A stretch of 64,000 bases of DNA, taken from assembly GCA_016214565.1 (NCBI GenBank), contig JACROE010000002.1:344007-408006 (forward strand), given 5' to 3'. The DNA is from Candidatus Kerfeldbacteria bacterium. Lineage in GTDB: Bacteria; Patescibacteriota; Patescibacteriia; UBA10025; JAHIVO01. Shown one piece after another: positions 60,675-64,000 of this stretch. A model generated the notes under the pieces. The model saw only the letters and a list, made by a program, of their open reading frames with translations, ran no database searches and was not told the DNA's origin. Within the stretch, counting starts at the first letter, position 1. Each line of letters opens with the position of its first letter. The position numbers and the translations under genes are program-made.

Positions 60675-61250
60675 CTAAAATGGCAGGGTATAATTGAGCG
60701 ACGCGGTTACTTTTTCGTCCCAACCAGTCGTATCAATCGGTACCGTATGTACGTCCGGGCCTAATTTATACTTCAATGCCTTGTGCCGGAGGGCGTACTC
60801 GTAAATATCTCGCGTGATACGTACGTCGTCAGTGCAGTACTGGCGTAATTTCTCAATCTCGCCATTTTTCCACCACGTGATCGCATCAAGCCCCTTGCCA
60901 CTCTTATGAATCCCGAGCGTACCAGCAGCGAGCATATCCAGCGAGACCCGGCGTCCCAACGACTTATACACGGCACTCAAGAGATCGAGACTTTTTATTT
61001 TCGTCAGATCGCCAGGATAATATCGATTCAATACCGGAATATCAAAATAATCAGAATTGAAACCAATCATCAGATCGGTCTTCTCCAACAATTTCCAGAG
61101 TTTAGGAAATTCCGGCTCCATAAAACTGTGAAATGTATCAGTGTCATACTCATACACAACCAGCAGGGATATTTCCAGCTTCTGTGGATTGGCCGAACCA
61201 CGGTCGCCAAATCCATTCTTCGTTTCAATGTCGAATACAACTTTATGCAT
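60675..61250 (-). CDS. RNase H-like (YprB/DEDD) exonuclease-domain protein
   Basis: FDIETK, GFNSDYFDIP, YCTDDV. Confidence 0.88.
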   Translation of the reverse strand: MHKVVFDIETKNGFGDRGSANPQKLEISLLVVYEYDTDTFHSFMEPEFPKLWKLLEKTDLMIGFNSDYFDIPVLNRYYPGDLTKIKSLDLLSAVYKSLGRRVSLDMLAAGTLGIHKSGKGLDAITWWKNGEIEKLRQYCTDDVRITRDIYEYALRHKALKYKLGPDVHTVPIDTTGWDEKVTASLNYTLPF

Positions 61251-61364
61251 ATGAATTGACCTGTAGTGTACCAAAAAATACTAGCCCTGAAAAGCATTGA
61301 CAGCGCCAGCCCGAGGGAGTAGGCTACGAAAATAACCGCACATTCATCTTTCATGGAGGATTGT

Positions 61365-61631
61365 ATGAAGGTCTCGTTTTTGAATCCGGTCAACTGGATC
61401 ATCACGATCGCTCTGCTGATTGGCATGATACTCTCCTATGTCATCGGCTCATGGGTCTTCTGCCCGCTCCTCAGCGCAATTGAGCGCACCAAAGCTGGGC
61501 CAGGACTTCCCACCCCCATTTTCCTCATGCTCTTCTTGATCGTCTCGCCGTTTCTATTCATTCTCTGGCTTGAGTCCATACCGGAAACCATCCGGAGAAA
61601 TGCAGAAACGAACGACGTTGCAACCATCTAA
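61365..61631 (+). CDS. Small hypothetical membrane protein (2 TM)
   Basis: GGAGG SD, TTGACA promoter, terminator at 61657-61696. Confidence 0.7.
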   Translation: MKVSFLNPVNWIITIALLIGMILSYVIGSWVFCPLLSAIERTKAGPGLPTPIFLMLFLIVSPFLFILWLESIPETIRRNAETNDVATI

Positions 61632-61708
61632 CATGGCACTTGGTGCCGCGCCCTAACGCCCGTCTTGTTATTCAATGTAAGGACGGGCTTTTTTTATGGT
61701 AAAATGAA

Positions 61709-61969
61709 ATGCGTCAGCCTAAATCATTAACTGTCATCCATATGGTCCTCGATTTCAAAGACGATATCGTCGATGAAGACGGTATACTCAACCACTACTC
61801 CTATAGCGAGAAAATGGAAAAATTCGGATCGCTCATGAAGCTCGCCAAAGAAACTCATCAAAAACAACGCGTCGAGTTCAAACACAAAGGCCGCACCTAT
61901 GAATTCGTCGTGGATGGAGATGGTACGGGCAGTTTACGAAAAAAACCCATTACCTCAAGCTGGTTTTAA
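61709..61969 (+). CDS. Small hypothetical protein
   Basis: Host-like codon usage, TAAAAT -10 just upstream. Confidence 0.65.
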   Translation: MRQPKSLTVIHMVLDFKDDIVDEDGILNHYSYSEKMEKFGSLMKLAKETHQKQRVEFKHKGRTYEFVVDGDGTGSLRKKPITSSWF

Positions 61970-61974
61970 AGAAA

Positions 61975-62355
61975 GGAAAAAGGGTGCCCACAAAGATATG
62001 TCGGCACCCGTCTATGGCTTTCGTCAAGCGAACATGCGGAGTTGGCTACCGCCACAGACACAAAGTCGTGGAAAAGAAAAAACAAGAATATTTTTACAAC
62101 ACCATTTCACCATCAAACGCCTTCTTACAAGAGCTTGATCTCCGCGGGGATATCCCGACAGATATACAAATGCCGGCATGGCAAGAGAAAGGTGTTGGGA
62201 AAAACGGAAATATATATCAGCGCACCAAGCGCTGTGGAGCGCACGGTGTGCGTAATACGGATTTGAAAAAAAGTGTTTGTTTTTCCGTTTCTTGTCCTTC
62301 GCTATCCACGGATCGAGTCCGGGTTCGCTGGAGTAGAAAAGGTGCGAGCTGACTG
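61975..62355 (-). ncRNA. Candidate ~380-nt structured non-coding RNA
   Basis: TTTACA-16-TATACT promoter (62389-62362), nested helices, GGGTGCC/GGCACCC terminator plus T-run; no credible ORF. Confidence 0.5.
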
Positions 62356-62483
62356 TGTATAAGTATAACAAATTATTTCCACGTGTAAACAACTTTATCA
62401 ACAGTTTGAAACGTGATACGATACCCCTATCACGAGTATTGACAGTATCGAGAAATTAGGATATAGTGCTCGGTTATTACCCT

Positions 62484-64000
62484 ATGAGCCAATCAACTAC
62501 ACGTATCATGGAAAACGTCAGCGATACCATCGCCGTATTCCGTGAGCGCCACAATGAAGAATCAATTGCCGGAGCAAAAGATGAGCCAAAAGTGGCCGTC
62601 AATGAAACGGTCAGCAAAATGGCATATGTTTACGAAAAACTCCGCCAAGCGATTGATTATCAGGAAGAGCATCTGATTCGGAAAAATGCCATCGCCCGCA
62701 TCCTCAAACGGCGTATTTTTGTCAGCGATCGTCCGGCGCACATGGCTGCCCCGCTGATACGCGAACTGATTCGAGCTGGCTATTTGCCAAATAAATATTT
62801 CCCCGAACGGCGATTGCCAGACGTCGAATCCATTATTGTAAAATATGTTTACCTGATTGATGCCATCACCCGCACTATGCCCGACCCAAAAATACGTCGG
62901 CGATTGCATAATTGGACATTATCGGTGATGTCATTTGAAATAGAGGATTACCTAAAGCCATCCATTCGAGATGATGCTATGGTTGAATTGATGTACAAAA
63001 CATTGCATGAGCAAGTTGATTTATCAAAAGACATCTTTAATCCCGAGGATCGAGATATCCAAATATATATTGCCATTCATCGGGCTTTGATCAAGTCTGA
63101 CTCAGCCATGCTACGCTACCACCTGCTCTACTACTATGCTCCCCAATGGCGCTTCAGCACACCGACAGAAGCGGTGCCCTTCGCTCAGACACTGCCTGAT
63201 TTGATGAACCGCATCGAAAGCCAGATCAATCATCCAGTCAATGATCGGCTATACAATTACATGAAGCGTTTTGGTCCAATCTTTACTGTTCTCAAAGATG
63301 TTTTTCAAAATTTCCCCGACCGTGCCGATCAAATTGTTGGCGACCCAAATCAACTGGAACAAGCAGTTCATGATGCGTGCAATAAACGCTACACGACAGC
63401 GGCTGCCAAACTCAGTCGCGGTGTCGTGCGAAGCATTATTTATATTTTTCTCACAAAAACTATTCTTGCATTCACCCTCGAATTACCGTATGAAATTATT
63501 TTTTTGAAGCATGTTAAATTTCTTCCATTGATCATCAATGTTACCTTTCACCCAATACTCATGTTTTTGATCGCAACCTCAATGCGCGTTCCCGCTGATG
63601 AGAATACGCGAATAATTCTACAAGGCATTCGGGAGCTAGTGTACGATTTACCGGAAAAGGAAATTCTCAAGAAGCGCCAACGCACCGTCCGTTCAAGCGG
63701 AGTGCTCAATACAATTTTTAACATTTTATATGCACTCGCCTTTATTATCTCCTTCAGCGCTATTATCTGGGTGCTAATGTCTCTTGAATTCTCGATTGTC
63801 TCCGGCCTCTTATTCCTTTTCTTCCTGAGCGTTATCAGCTTCTTTGGTCTCCGTTTGCGTCAAACCGCTAAAGAATTGGTCATTCTTGATCGTCGAGACA
63901 ATTCACTGAATATTATTTTTGATTTTTTCGCATTACCCGTGCTGCGCGTCGGTCGATGGATTTCTCGAAAAACATCGAAGGTCAATGTTTTCATGTTTAT
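62484..64000 (+). CDS. Hypothetical membrane protein, runs off the window end
   Basis: Open frame from ATG 62484 (MSQSTTRIM...YEKLRQAIDYQEEHLIRKNAI), hydrophobic C-terminal segments, TTGACA-17-TATAGT promoter. Confidence 0.85.
   Translation, partial: MSQSTTRIMENVSDTIAVFRERHNEESIAGAKDEPKVAVNETVSKMAYVYEKLRQAIDYQEEHLIRKNAIARILKRRIFVSDRPAHMAAPLIRELIRAGYLPNKYFPERRLPDVESIIVKYVYLIDAITRTMPDPKIRRRLHNWTLSVMSFEIEDYLKPSIRDDAMVELMYKTLHEQVDLSKDIFNPEDRDIQIYIAIHRALIKSDSAMLRYHLLYYYAPQWRFSTPTEAVPFAQTLPDLMNRIESQINHPVNDRLYNYMKRFGPIFTVLKDVFQNFPDRADQIVGDPNQLEQAVHDACNKRYTTAAAKLSRGVVRSIIYIFLTKTILAFTLELPYEIIFLKHVKFLPLIINVTFHPILMFLIATSMRVPADENTRIILQGIRELVYDLPEKEILKKRQRTVRSSGVLNTIFNILYALAFIISFSAIIWVLMSLEFSIVSGLLFLFFLSVISFFGLRLRQTAKELVILDRRDNSLNIIFDFFALPVLRVGRWISRKTSKVNVFMF

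Noticed and set aside
61984-62401. ORFs of 122, 125 and 74 aa
   Set aside because: Atypical composition, mutual overlap and no motifs; the region is better explained as structured non-coding sequence

Overview
Gene-dense bacterial chromosome segment, most likely Patescibacteria/CPR. This is inferred from an unlinked 16S rRNA with CPR-type primer-site mismatches, mostly SD-less genes, a hinge-less SMC, CarS, class III RNR and an H+-PPase. It holds about 55 CDSs, mostly translation, RNA-processing and repair housekeeping genes plus pyrE and a pyrBI fusion, one 16S rRNA with no 23S, and 11 intact tRNAs. The most unusual signal is non-coding and centred on the tRNA genes. (1) Three tRNAs (Ile, Cys, Lys) are preceded by an exact copy of their own 5' end that is split in the D-arm by GC-rich hairpin inserts with no target-site duplication. 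At tRNA-Lys a small GIY-YIG nuclease lies between the broken and intact copies, and at tRNA-Cys a GIY-YIG remnant occupies the same slot. Looser relics occur at tRNA-Phe and tRNA-Pro. (2) A ~100-nt covarying structured element ending in ACGT occurs four times, each abutting the first nucleotide of a tRNA or tRNA fragment, including G-1 of tRNA-His. Also notable: two 380-460 nt promoter/terminator-bounded candidate ncRNAs that resemble each other, an ATP-grasp ligase fused to a DUF1704/MATCAP-like peptidase, and a PlsC/PlsC/acyl-CoA-ligase/CarS lipid cluster. All calls come from reading motifs by eye; no searches were run.
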